NCBI GenBank assembly: GCA_030606485.1
Contig: JAUWGH010000011.1
Location: 1 to 32,000, forward strand
Direction of reading: 5' to 3'
DNA from: Promethearchaeota archaeon
Lineage (GTDB): Archaea; Asgardarchaeota; Lokiarchaeia; Sigyniarchaeales; SOKP01
DNA: 32,000 bases
Shown: piece by piece, positions 17,879-27,999 of the stretch
Layout: each line of letters begins with the position of its first letter
Position numbering within the stretch: position 1 is the first letter of the stretch
Notes under the pieces: model-generated
The model's input: only the letters and a program-made list of their open reading frames with translations
What the model was told of the DNA's origin: nothing
Databases searched by the model: none
Program-made: the position numbers and the translations under genes

Positions 17879-19279
17879 TTATTTTGGCATTAATTCTGGA
17901 TATTGTTTCAATTCTTCTCTTATTCTTTCAAGTTTTTCTCCATGTAAGGTATAAAATTTCATGGTAACAATTCCGATAGTAAGTGCAATTGCAGGAAATA
18001 CAAATATTAGTACTTTTAAGCCAATGATGGTTAATGCAGGATCGCTTGTTACCGGCGTATAAGTTTTATCCCAACCAGTCCCAGAGAAAACTACCCAAAT
18101 AGTTAACATAGTTATAATTATTCCCAATCGATGGATAAAAGCATTAACACCATAATAACTTGCAGATCTCTTTACACCAAATTTAAGTGCATCTTCTTCT
18201 ATTACATCTGCATGTAATATATCTACGTAAAATAACGCTCCAGATAATGGAATTCCGTTTAAAGCTGTAATAATAACTCCTAAAATGAGAAATTCTTCAC
18301 CTGAAACTAAAACAAATGGAAATAATGCGCAAATCCAAAGAGCCAATGTTACCATGAACGCATTTCGCATACCTATTTTTGCTCCAAGTTTTCTATGTAA
18401 AGGCATAATTAAAGCAGCAATTACGAATGAAAGCATTAACGATATTCCGATTATTATGGAATTACCTGAAAGTCCAAAAACATGTACAAAATACAAAGTT
18501 AAAATGGTCGGTAAAATATTAAAAACATACCATACACATGTATTTGCTATTACGAATTTTATAAATTCCTTATTTGTAAATGTAATTTTCAATGATTTAA
18601 GAAATGATGGCCTTTTTTCAAATTGTTCTTGAACTTCTTCTTTTTCCTTAATACCCCGCAAGAAAAAAGGTAAAGACAGTACTGCAGTTAAAATTGCTAA
18701 AACTACTCCAGCAGTAATATAATTTAATTTAATACCTTCAATTTCAGCAGGAGTCTCAGGAACTAATTTTGGAACAAGTATTGTAGGTAGAAGCGAAGCA
18801 ATTATTAAAGCAACAACTGTTAATCCCTTTACGAATAAATTAACAGCGCCTCTTTTTTTTTCCGTAGTAAACATCTCGGGAAAAAGTGCATTTACATTTA
18901 CATCAAAAAGTGTATAAACAAATTCAAATAGAAAGATGATGAATAAAAAGTAGAAAGCTTCCATTCCTGTAGGGACAGTGAACAATAATATCATCATTAA
19001 GCAGAGAGGACCTATTGAGAGAGTTAAATAAAATTTCCGTTTGCCCCATTTACCTTTTTGTTTTGTTCTATCTGATAATGCACCTAAAACAGGATCATTT
19101 ACTGCGTTCCATATTCCCCATAAAATATAAATAAGCGTCATCACGGTTATATCGAGTCCAATTACACAAAAATAAAACGTAAAAATTAAGAACTGAAAAG
19201 CTTGATAAGTTAATTGGTCAGGTATAGCACTTAAACCGAAACAAAATTTGTCTTTAAGACCTAAAGTATCTTCACTCAT
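17879..19279 (-). CDS. MFS transporter, glycoside-pentoside-hexuronide (MelB-like) family
   Basis: IWNAVNDPVLGALSDRT, ALFPEMF, LHADVIEED...KRSASYYG and about 12 TM helices. Confidence 0.88.
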   Translation of the reverse strand: MSEDTLGLKDKFCFGLSAIPDQLTYQAFQFLIFTFYFCVIGLDITVMTLIYILWGIWNAVNDPVLGALSDRTKQKGKWGKRKFYLTLSIGPLCLMMILLFTVPTGMEAFYFLFIIFLFEFVYTLFDVNVNALFPEMFTTEKKRGAVNLFVKGLTVVALIIASLLPTILVPKLVPETPAEIEGIKLNYITAGVVLAILTAVLSLPFFLRGIKEKEEVQEQFEKRPSFLKSLKITFTNKEFIKFVIANTCVWYVFNILPTILTLYFVHVFGLSGNSIIIGISLMLSFVIAALIMPLHRKLGAKIGMRNAFMVTLALWICALFPFVLVSGEEFLILGVIITALNGIPLSGALFYVDILHADVIEEDALKFGVKRSASYYGVNAFIHRLGIIITMLTIWVVFSGTGWDKTYTPVTSDPALTIIGLKVLIFVFPAIALTIGIVTMKFYTLHGEKLERIREELKQYPELMPK

Positions 19280-19439
19280 TTTTTTTCTTATCCTTTTTTA
19301 TTTAAAATTTTTATTAAATGATACTACATTTTTTTGTATTTAAAATTATTGTAAGAGAAAAAAGTGAATAGTAATATATTTATTATACAAAATGCAATTT
19401 TTCATAAACCTAATTAATTAGATTAGAAGATATTTTAAA

Positions 19440-20240
19440 ATGAGTTTTGTAAAAAATTTAGATGAAATAGAAAAAAAAAGAAAAGAAACGTATGATTTCT
19501 ATTCTGCGGAAATGTTGCTTGTTTTATGGGAAACAAAACCGGAAATTGTCCAACGATTACTTCCACCACCTCTAAAACCAGCTCAAATGCCCATTGCTCA
19601 TGCATTAATTGCTAACTATCCCAAAACTAATTTTGGATTACCCTATTTAGAGAGTGCACTTTTTCTGAGGGCTGAATTTAATGGTGAAGAGGGTAGTTAT
19701 TGCCTTGCAATGCATGTTACGGATGATATGGCTTTAGCAGGTGGGCGTGAATGGTTTGGATATCCCAAGAAAATGGCAAATATCCATTTAAAACGTGATG
19801 GAAAGGATGTTGAAGGATGGTCAGAACGCCTTGGAACACGTTATTTTGAGGTACGAGCAAATTTAAGCGGTAAATTAAATGATATGGAAGCTCCGAAGAT
19901 CTTAATCGGAATTGGGATGGTTCCTAGTAAGATGAAGAATATAGTAAATGTCAGTTTTAATTACAAACATTTTCCTGCGCCTGAGATGCGTGGGTTCGAT
20001 TATAAACCCCGTTTAATTAGAGAGGAGGTAGAGTTCCGTCCGAAATCAATGGAGATGGGTGAGGTTGAAATTGAGCTTAAGTCTTCAATACATGACCCAT
20101 GGGGTGAAGTAGAAATTGTTAAAGTGCTGGGTGCATTATATATCGTGGGTGATAACTCCATGCGGTCAGGTACTGTTGTAGCCGAGGTAGAACCAGATAA
20201 ATTCGAACCATATGCATTCTTAAAGTGGGACTGGTATTAA
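19440..20240 (+). CDS. Acetoacetate decarboxylase-like superfamily protein
   Basis: VQRLLPPPL, YLESALF and GREWFGYPKK, the last carrying the Schiff-base Lys motif (GRE.W/.G.PK). Confidence 0.88.
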   Translation: MSFVKNLDEIEKKRKETYDFYSAEMLLVLWETKPEIVQRLLPPPLKPAQMPIAHALIANYPKTNFGLPYLESALFLRAEFNGEEGSYCLAMHVTDDMALAGGREWFGYPKKMANIHLKRDGKDVEGWSERLGTRYFEVRANLSGKLNDMEAPKILIGIGMVPSKMKNIVNVSFNYKHFPAPEMRGFDYKPRLIREEVEFRPKSMEMGEVEIELKSSIHDPWGEVEIVKVLGALYIVGDNSMRSGTVVAEVEPDKFEPYAFLKWDWY

Positions 20241-20338
20241 TTTGTATCTAAAATTTCTAATAATTGGAATATAAAAGAGAAAAAAAAATTATATTGTCTG
20301 ATTTTTTTGTTGAAAAGTAGAAAATTCTATTAAATATT

Positions 20339-20593
20339 ATGGCGAATGTAAAATTAAATAATAAGAGGTTGCTTGAAAAACTTCAAGCAGAAATTACTCT
20401 AAAATTAGGGAAAAAAATGTCTCAACAGGAAGTATTAGACAAAAGTATTGAATTTACATATAGTAGACTTAATGAATTCTTTGTTGAAAACATTGATCAA
20501 CCTGCTGTGACTAAAAAATTCATAGAAAGACTTAGAGAAAGTGCAAGTGATGCGCCTCTTTATCATTTAGATAAGTCTGATGGCGAGGATTAA
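20339..20593 (+). CDS. Small hypothetical protein resembling archaeal RHH-type (VapB-like) antitoxins
   Basis: The N-terminal NVKL strand, the helices LLEKLQAEITLKLGKKMSQQEVLD and an acidic tail resemble archaeal PIN-toxin partners by eye. Confidence 0.5.
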   Translation: MANVKLNNKRLLEKLQAEITLKLGKKMSQQEVLDKSIEFTYSRLNEFFVENIDQPAVTKKFIERLRESASDAPLYHLDKSDGED

Positions 20594-20618
20594 AGAAAGA
20601 GTATCTAATGACTAAAAT

Positions 20619-21440
20619 TTATTTATTCAAATTTTCGCTTTCTTTTTGAAATGCTGAAATAAATATAATCCCAATTATAATTAAAACAATTCCAATAACT
20701 TGAATCCAACTAAGACTTTCACTTAAAGCTAAAACACTTATTAATGATGCCAAAATAATGCTAGTAGAAATAAAACAAGGCACAACTTGATTGGCTTTTG
20801 CTTTAGTAAAGGCATATTGCGTTATAAGTAAAGTTAATGGCGCAAAAATAAATGTAGCTATTGTGAAATATAGTGTCATTTCGGGAATAGTTGTAATACG
20901 CTTTGAAACAGTTTGCAATGCATTGGTGGTTCCTGCTGTAAGTGCAATAATTATTCCAACTAATTTGTAATCGTTTAATTTAGATATAAAAATTAGTAAT
21001 ATCTCAATTACGAGAATAATTATTGAAAAACACAAGAAAAAAGGTAGGTCGAAATGACTCATGCTAAGGCTTCCAACATTTATGTTAAACAGTGTTACTA
21101 AAACAGTTCCCATAATTATGAAAAAAACACCCCTAATTTCATTCGTGGTTATATGTTCTTTTAAAATATAATGAGAGAAAAGTAAAAGAATGATTAGCCC
21201 AACGCCTTCTAATGGAGCTATTATATTAATTGGAGCAAAAAATAAAGCAGCCCATTGGATGAACATGTACAAGCTTGTTAAAATAGTTCCAACGACCCAT
21301 ATTCCAGAATTTTTCTTCTTAATCGAGCAATCTTCCTTAAAACCTTCAATTGCATACTTTTGGATTCCTTTCCCTATATCAAGAAAGATATAAGCAATTA
21401 ATCCAAAAATTAATCCAATGATAATATTTTCATTAGCCAT
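20619..21440 (-). CDS. DMT superfamily transporter (NIPA/Mg2+ transporter-like)
   Basis: GKGIQKYA, WVVGTIL, ALFFAPINIIAPLEGVGLII and TQYAF...NQVVP follow the NIPA-type pattern. ATG 21440 is preferred over GTG 21449. Confidence 0.75.
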   Translation of the reverse strand: MANENIIIGLIFGLIAYIFLDIGKGIQKYAIEGFKEDCSIKKKNSGIWVVGTILTSLYMFIQWAALFFAPINIIAPLEGVGLIILLLFSHYILKEHITTNEIRGVFFIIMGTVLVTLFNINVGSLSMSHFDLPFFLCFSIIILVIEILLIFISKLNDYKLVGIIIALTAGTTNALQTVSKRITTIPEMTLYFTIATFIFAPLTLLITQYAFTKAKANQVVPCFISTSIILASLISVLALSESLSWIQVIGIVLIIIGIIFISAFQKESENLNK

Positions 21441-21467
21441 TATAAACACATCTCTTTTAAAGGCAAT

Positions 21468-21794
<327 letters not shown>

Positions 21795-21883
21795 TTATTA
21801 AATATTTTTAATAATTCTTCACTATATTATAAAAATATATAAAACTTATTTAAATAATAAAAGCAAAATCTAATCTAGAAAAA

Positions 21884-22507
21884 TTAAGAAGTAAATTTCA
21901 ATTTATAAGTGTTATATACTACCACTCCTACGAAACTAAGGGAACTAAAAACCGTAAACCATTCTATTATTGGAAAATATAAAGGAATAAACACTATAAT
22001 TAATAAAATAAGGTTAGTAGCAGCTATAACGAAACCATAATATGCAAATGGTTTTAGAAAATTAGGATGTTTTAAAAACGAGAAATTACCCAATATTAGA
22101 ATTAAAAGGATCAAAATAAAAAAAATTGATCCCCAGAACTGATGTTCTTGCGGAAATTCTTCAGAAAATACCCCAATCATCATTAATGAGATTGCTGAAA
22201 AGAATCCTAATATTTGGGTTGCTACCAAAATGGCTTTAACCCTCTTTTCATTAGTATACCACTTATTTAAACCTGCGAAAAATGGGAAGAGAACTATTCC
22301 CGTGAAAATACAACCTAAATTATAAAAAATCGCACCCTGAGGGTTATAATTCATCATTGAATTTCCCAAATCACTTAACCAATGGGTTAATGGTGAAAAT
22401 GGACTTGAAAATAAAGCAAAAGATGTAAATGTAAATATACAATAAATTGCAATAACTGAAATACCTGCAATGCAACTAATCGGCCATTTTAATAGATTCC
22501 ATTCCAT
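21884..22507 (-). CDS. DUF998-like membrane protein
   Basis: FSPLTHWLSDLG, FYNLGCIFTG, MIGVFSE...HQFWG and IIEW, with about 5-6 TM helices. Confidence 0.7.
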   Translation of the reverse strand: MEWNLLKWPISCIAGISVIAIYCIFTFTSFALFSSPFSPLTHWLSDLGNSMMNYNPQGAIFYNLGCIFTGIVLFPFFAGLNKWYTNEKRVKAILVATQILGFFSAISLMMIGVFSEEFPQEHQFWGSIFFILILLILILGNFSFLKHPNFLKPFAYYGFVIAATNLILLIIVFIPLYFPIIEWFTVFSSLSFVGVVVYNTYKLKFTS

Positions 22508-22563
22508 TACTCATACTTCCATTTAATAGAATTTTGTCAAAAAATTATTAAAACACTTTAATT

Positions 22564-22971
22564 TCATTCTTTGGAAATTTTATTAAATTTTATCTCTTGA
22601 ACCTCACCAGAATTTTTTTGTATCAAATCTTTTATAATATCTTCAGAGTTTCCGTAATCTTGACTATATGTCATATAACAACTTACATTTTTTCCCTTCA
22701 TATCCAAATTATTGAGTAAAGCCTTTATAGCTGGAGCAGGTTTTCCACCCCATATAGGACCGCAAATAATTATTTCATTGTAATTTGCAACATCAACATT
22801 TATTTTTTTTGCTTTTTTAGCTAACCTTTTTTTACCCATTAAATATTGAAATCCTCTAAAAATACTTCCAGAAGCGAATTCCAGTAAATCATAATTTTCC
22901 TTTTCTGCAATTTCCTCTGCAATGTGTCTATTATGACCTAAAAGTGAGAAATAAATTATTATTGAATTCAT
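22564..22971 (-). CDS. Short flavodoxin-like protein
   Basis: IIYFSLLGHNRHIAEEIA (FMN loop variant of YFS.TGNT) and IIICGPIWGGKPAPAI. Confidence 0.8.
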   Translation of the reverse strand: MNSIIIYFSLLGHNRHIAEEIAEKENYDLLEFASGSIFRGFQYLMGKKRLAKKAKKINVDVANYNEIIICGPIWGGKPAPAIKALLNNLDMKGKNVSCYMTYSQDYGNSEDIIKDLIQKNSGEVQEIKFNKISKE

Positions 22972-23200
22972 TTTTTTTCAATAGATCATTATTTTATAGA
23001 TTTTTTAAACTAATTATCTTGAGTGAAAAACAGATAAAGATATATAAATTACTTCTAGAGACCAATTTTTAGCCCAATACTCAAATCTTATTATGGAAAC
23101 TTTATATGATTACTTATTATATTAATATCAAAATATTGTGAGTTGAAAAACAATTAATAGCAAACTAAAAGCGATTACTTCACCCCCAAGCCGAGAAGAA

Positions 23201-24316
23201 TTGTCCAATCGCTTGGAAAAGGTAAGAAGTTTAATGCACAAAGAAGGTCTGGATTATTATATCTCCTTCAACCCAGTGAATATTTATTATTTAACTAACT
23301 TTGCTAATAAAGTACATGAACGCCCCTTTATTCTTATAATAGCAACAGAGGGAATTCCGAAAATGCTAGTTCCACTATTAGAGAAGGGTCATGTCGAGAC
23401 GAGATCAAGGTGTGAACTTGAATTTATAAGTTATTATGAGTTCCCAGCGCCTGAAGGGCAAAATTGGTATGATCATTATCGCAACCTTATTGAGGATGAT
23501 GTGAAAGTAGGAATTGAATCTGCTATGCCTGCTGGGATCGCAGAAAAAACGCCCGGAAAGAAAATTATTATTGATATTATCGATGAGGTCCGTATTATAA
23601 AAACAGAATATGAGATCGGGCGTACTGTCCATGCCTGCCGGGTTGTAAATAAGGGTCATAAAAAGTTACTAAAAATTTGCAAACCTAAAATGTTGGAATT
23701 TGCATTATATCAAGAGGTCACCAATACAATGACGACCAAGATAGTAACAGATATCCCCAATGCAAACTTCATAATGACCAATACTGCAGGTGCTGTTTGG
23801 CCACCGTCCTTTTCTCATGAGCCCCATATCGTTCCGAATATCTTTGCCGAGATGGAAGAAGGAGGACCCCATGTTTCTATAGTATCTGCTCAAGTAGATG
23901 GCTATGGTGTGGAAATTGAAAGAACATTCTTTTTAGGTTATGTTCCTGAGAAAGCAAAGGAACCTTTTGAAGTCATGTTTGGAGCAAGAGCTCTCGCCTA
24001 TGACTTTGTAAAACCAGGAGTTATAATGAGCGAGATTGATAAAAAAGTTCGTAAATTTATCACTGATCGAGGATATGGTGATTATATCATACATCGGACA
24101 GGTCATGGTCTAGGAATTACCGGACATGAGGCGCCCTATATTGCAGAAGGATATGATCGGAAACTTAAACCCAATATGGTAATTAGCATTGAACCTGGAA
24201 TTTATATACCCGGCTTGGGAGGTTTTCGACACTCTGATACCGTATTAATAACGGAGGATGGGTATTTAAAATTGACAAAAGCTCCCGAAAAACTTGAAGA
24301 CTTGATCATTGAGTAA
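23201..24316 (+). CDS. M24 (Xaa-Pro peptidase/creatinase) family protein with non-canonical metal ligands
   Basis: A creatinase/prolidase N-domain (NIYYLTNF), IIKTEYEI, GYGVEIERT, HRTGHGLGITGHEAP, SIEPGIY and GFRHSDTVLIT. TTG start. Confidence 0.88.
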   Translation: MSNRLEKVRSLMHKEGLDYYISFNPVNIYYLTNFANKVHERPFILIIATEGIPKMLVPLLEKGHVETRSRCELEFISYYEFPAPEGQNWYDHYRNLIEDDVKVGIESAMPAGIAEKTPGKKIIIDIIDEVRIIKTEYEIGRTVHACRVVNKGHKKLLKICKPKMLEFALYQEVTNTMTTKIVTDIPNANFIMTNTAGAVWPPSFSHEPHIVPNIFAEMEEGGPHVSIVSAQVDGYGVEIERTFFLGYVPEKAKEPFEVMFGARALAYDFVKPGVIMSEIDKKVRKFITDRGYGDYIIHRTGHGLGITGHEAPYIAEGYDRKLKPNMVISIEPGIYIPGLGGFRHSDTVLITEDGYLKLTKAPEKLEDLIIE

Positions 24317-24328
24317 AAATTAATTTTA

Positions 24329-25117
24329 TTATTTTCTATTCACGTAATTTAAAAAGGCTTTAACGATCATATGAAATTTAGGATCTGAAACAACGGTCCC
24401 ATGGTCTTTACCTTGAATCTGGAAATGACATGCATCTGGAACTAATTTTGCGATCAATGTTTTATCGCCTGGCAAAAAATCATCAGAACCCATCACGGTC
24501 ATAACAGGTACTGAAATTTTTTTAAGAACCGCTTTAACCCGTTTCTGAGTCGTAGGTATTTTTTCTGATTCTTGGTCAAAACCTGTCATTACAGCTGCCA
24601 ATGCATTCAAATCAGCACCCGTTGATTCTGCAAATCTACGAAATTCTTGACCTACTGGATCTTTAACTTGTTCTATACTTTCTGCCTTTAACGCATTTAT
24701 ATAAGAATCATATCTAAGCGTTGTTTGTTCATCATTTGGGGAAGGTAATACAAAACCTCCTAGAATTGCGCAATTAATTCGACTAGGCTCGCTGAGTAAC
24801 AAATTCAATGTGAGCGAAGAACCCATTGAATAACCAAAGAAATTTGCTCTATGGATCGATAAATGATCCATCAATTTAGAGATATCTTCCATCATTTTTA
24901 CGCCGTATTGAGCTGGCTCTTTGGGTTTATCACTTTTTCCATGACCTCGACAATCCATCAGAATTAATCGATTCTCATCCTTTAATGCATTTATCCAATT
25001 TGTTATTTTCCAATTAAAATCAATATTCGCTGCAAATCCATGAATCATGAATAAATCTGGACCCACTCCTTCAATCTCATAATAGAGCTTAACTCCTTCA
25101 TTATCAAAATATGGCAT
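24329..25117 (-). CDS. Alpha/beta-fold hydrolase
   Basis: IHGF oxyanion segment, MDCRGHGKS, nucleophile elbow GYSMG, GSDD acid and DHG histidine. Confidence 0.88.
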   Translation of the reverse strand: MPYFDNEGVKLYYEIEGVGPDLFMIHGFAANIDFNWKITNWINALKDENRLILMDCRGHGKSDKPKEPAQYGVKMMEDISKLMDHLSIHRANFFGYSMGSSLTLNLLLSEPSRINCAILGGFVLPSPNDEQTTLRYDSYINALKAESIEQVKDPVGQEFRRFAESTGADLNALAAVMTGFDQESEKIPTTQKRVKAVLKKISVPVMTVMGSDDFLPGDKTLIAKLVPDACHFQIQGKDHGTVVSDPKFHMIVKAFLNYVNRK

Positions 25118-25263
25118 GATTAACTAACTTTCTCTTCTCAAATTAGAAATAAATTATATATTAAATTACAATAAATATTATTTAATCCTTTGCTCATTAA
25201 TTCTAAAAAATTAATATATCATAAGATTGAAATTTAGTGCTTTAATCTGGCGTTATGGAGGTT

Positions 25264-26694
25264 TTATGTTTTTAATTTTTGCTCTTGGGAAAGTTTTTGA
25301 AGATATTCGCGTTCTTTTTGCTCGTGTAATTCCATGATGTATTTTTTCTTTTTCAGCCATTCAGGTCCATCTAATGGATACCAATGTAAAGTAAATGCAC
25401 TTATACCAATTAATATAGCTGGAAGTATACAAAACGCAACTAAAATGCCAATGATGGCTAGTTCAGATTGAGGTTGTTTAATAGGAATCCCATTTTCTAT
25501 AATTGGATCAACAAATCCAAATATTGTTAAAAATCCTAGAAACATCCAATTGGCAATAGAAATCGCTGGCTTTGTAACAATTGCATTAACTCCACCATAA
25601 ATCGCTTCTCGGCGTTTTCCGGTGATTAATTCATCATTATCAATAACATCTCCCATTAAAACAGCATTTGCGATCAATGCTCCGGCGAACCCGAAACCTA
25701 TGCAAAACATTGGTACTGCTGCCATAGAGGAATTTCGACCAAAAAAAAAATAAATTGTAAAACTGATTGAAATTAGGGATAAACATATGATCATTGTCTT
25801 TTTTGAACCCCAAGTGGCTATTTTTTTGAGATTAAATCCCAATCCAAATACAATTCCAATGATAAGAGCAAGCCCAAACAATATTAAATCTTGACCTACG
25901 ACTACATAGTCGATGTAATAAAGTAAACCTGTTTGTAAAGTAGGGTATATTAACGTAATACAGAAAGAAGGTATCATTAAAATCCAAAAAGGTTTATTCT
26001 TTAGTGTTAATCTTAAGCCATCTATAAAGGGTTCATGGGGTTGCATTTGTGCGAACATGTTTTCTTTAATGAAGAATGATGTTATAAAAAGTATTAATGT
26101 ACAACTGAAACCAATGACAAGTATCACAATACTAAATATTGCGGGGATTCCTTGCTGTCCAGTTAGAAGAATAATTGGAAGCACAATTCCTATTACTATA
26201 CTTATAAAACCAATTACATTATAATACACCATGAGACTTGCTCGTTCCTTAGCTGTCACGGCAATCTCATTCGGGAGAGAAAAGAAACAGCAACCAACGA
26301 TAGTAAACATCGTATCTAAAATAAATAATACTAATAAAAAATTAAAAAAAAGAGCTATCTGATTATCTAAAGGAGCAATAGGAAACCAACAAAAAATAAA
26401 GGCTAATCCATAAAAAATTGACCCATAACGAATGTAAGGAATGCGCCGCCCTATTTTAGTTCTAGTATTATCGATGAAGTATGACGCGATAGGGTCATTT
26501 ATTGTGTTCCAAATAGCAAATATTAACCAAGCAATTCCTAAAAGTGTTGCATCCGCACCTAATTTCTGATTATAAAAAAATGTGAGATTTGCAAAAACAA
26601 ATCCATTAAGAATGTTATTAGCAAATCCTCCAAAACTAAAACTAAGTTTTTCTTTTACTGATACGTGTTCTTCGGGTAGATCTATTTTTTCCAT
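25264..26694 (-). CDS. MFS transporter, GPH (MelB-like) family, second paralog
   Basis: IWNTINDP, DNTRTKIGRRIPY and LMGDVIDNDELITGKRREAIYGGV. Confidence 0.9.
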   Translation of the reverse strand: MEKIDLPEEHVSVKEKLSFSFGGFANNILNGFVFANLTFFYNQKLGADATLLGIAWLIFAIWNTINDPIASYFIDNTRTKIGRRIPYIRYGSIFYGLAFIFCWFPIAPLDNQIALFFNFLLVLFILDTMFTIVGCCFFSLPNEIAVTAKERASLMVYYNVIGFISIVIGIVLPIILLTGQQGIPAIFSIVILVIGFSCTLILFITSFFIKENMFAQMQPHEPFIDGLRLTLKNKPFWILMIPSFCITLIYPTLQTGLLYYIDYVVVGQDLILFGLALIIGIVFGLGFNLKKIATWGSKKTMIICLSLISISFTIYFFFGRNSSMAAVPMFCIGFGFAGALIANAVLMGDVIDNDELITGKRREAIYGGVNAIVTKPAISIANWMFLGFLTIFGFVDPIIENGIPIKQPQSELAIIGILVAFCILPAILIGISAFTLHWYPLDGPEWLKKKKYIMELHEQKEREYLQKLSQEQKLKT

Positions 26695-26773
26695 ATTTTA
26701 TTTTCGTTGATAAATTATATAAATATTATATTCTAATTTGGTTTATCTTTTGAATAATAAAATGTCATAAGAA

Positions 26774-27988
26774 TTAATTCAATGCTTGATCTATTAATTC
26801 TAAAAGATCAACCATTTTCATATTGGAATTCAATGCTTTTATCGCATCGTCAATATTTCTGAAACAGAAGGGGCAGATGCTTACTAGGTTTTGTGCCCCC
26901 GTTTCTTCCGCTTCTTGAACTCTACTCTTCGCAATCTCTAAAGCTAACTCGGGAAACGCTTTTTTAACACCCCCTCCAGCGCCACAGCATTTAGCGTTTT
27001 CTTTAATAGTTGCCATTTCTACTAGATTTGCCATTTTTCTTAGTAATTCTCTCGGTTCTTCGTAAAGGGGGGTATCTCCTGAGTTTCTTCCTGTATGACA
27101 AGGATCATGGTAAGTTACATTGATTCCTAAATTATTTAATTGAATATTTTTTTCATTTATTATTTTGTATACAAGTTCAATTGTATGAACTACATTAATA
27201 TCTAAATCTTTAAGTAAATCAGCATAATCTAGTTTTAGGGTCCTATAACAACCTGCGCAACTGGTAATAATCGTTTTAATTCCACTTTTTTGAAACAAAT
27301 CAAGATTTTTATCACTAACATAATTAAACGCTTTCCGATCTCCTGTTCGCATTGCAACACTACCGCAACACACTTCATTCTCTCCAAAAACGGAAAAATC
27401 AACTCCTAATTTTTTAAGAACTTTTGCCGTGTTTATAGCTACTGTTTGAATTTGTGGAGTTAAAGCAGTAGTACACCCAACAAAATATAAGACGTCCGCT
27501 TTCTCAGAACTTGCATCTTTTATCTTGAAATCAAGTTTTTCTAGCCAATCATTTTTTTGTTTATTATCCCGTTGATATGGATTTAATAAATCAGTCATTG
27601 CTTGATTCATTTCCTTATGTCCATCTAAGGCATAACCTGCATCCACTAATTCTGCTCTTAAAGCTTCATAAAAAGAAGCATTATCTATATCATAAAAACA
27701 GGCTTCTGAACAAGCATTACAAGTAGGGCATTGATAAATTACCTCCGCCATATCTTTACTCAATTCTAATTTACCCTGCCAGAGAGAACGGATAATTTGC
27801 ATTTTCCCTCTACCAAAAAAAGGTTCAAAGCCCGGAGTATGGTCTCTTGCCACACAAACGCCCCATTTTGGAGGGTCTGAGGAAAAATCAGTTGCTTCTC
27901 GACAATCCCCGCAAGAGATACATTGCAATATCATTTGCTCCAATTCACTTAAATGTTTATACTTTTCCTTTAAACTTATTTCAGTCAT
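26774..27988 (-). CDS. Fe-S protein with 4Fe-4S dicluster and two CCG domains (GlpC/GlcF/HdrD-like)
   Basis: CISCGDC, CPTCNACSEAC, YFVGC, VCCG...SCAGC and YHDPCH...KCCGAGGG...CPFC. Confidence 0.92.
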   Translation of the reverse strand: MTEISLKEKYKHLSELEQMILQCISCGDCREATDFSSDPPKWGVCVARDHTPGFEPFFGRGKMQIIRSLWQGKLELSKDMAEVIYQCPTCNACSEACFYDIDNASFYEALRAELVDAGYALDGHKEMNQAMTDLLNPYQRDNKQKNDWLEKLDFKIKDASSEKADVLYFVGCTTALTPQIQTVAINTAKVLKKLGVDFSVFGENEVCCGSVAMRTGDRKAFNYVSDKNLDLFQKSGIKTIITSCAGCYRTLKLDYADLLKDLDINVVHTIELVYKIINEKNIQLNNLGINVTYHDPCHTGRNSGDTPLYEEPRELLRKMANLVEMATIKENAKCCGAGGGVKKAFPELALEIAKSRVQEAEETGAQNLVSICPFCFRNIDDAIKALNSNMKMVDLLELIDQALN

Positions 27989-27999
27989 TATTTTACCCT

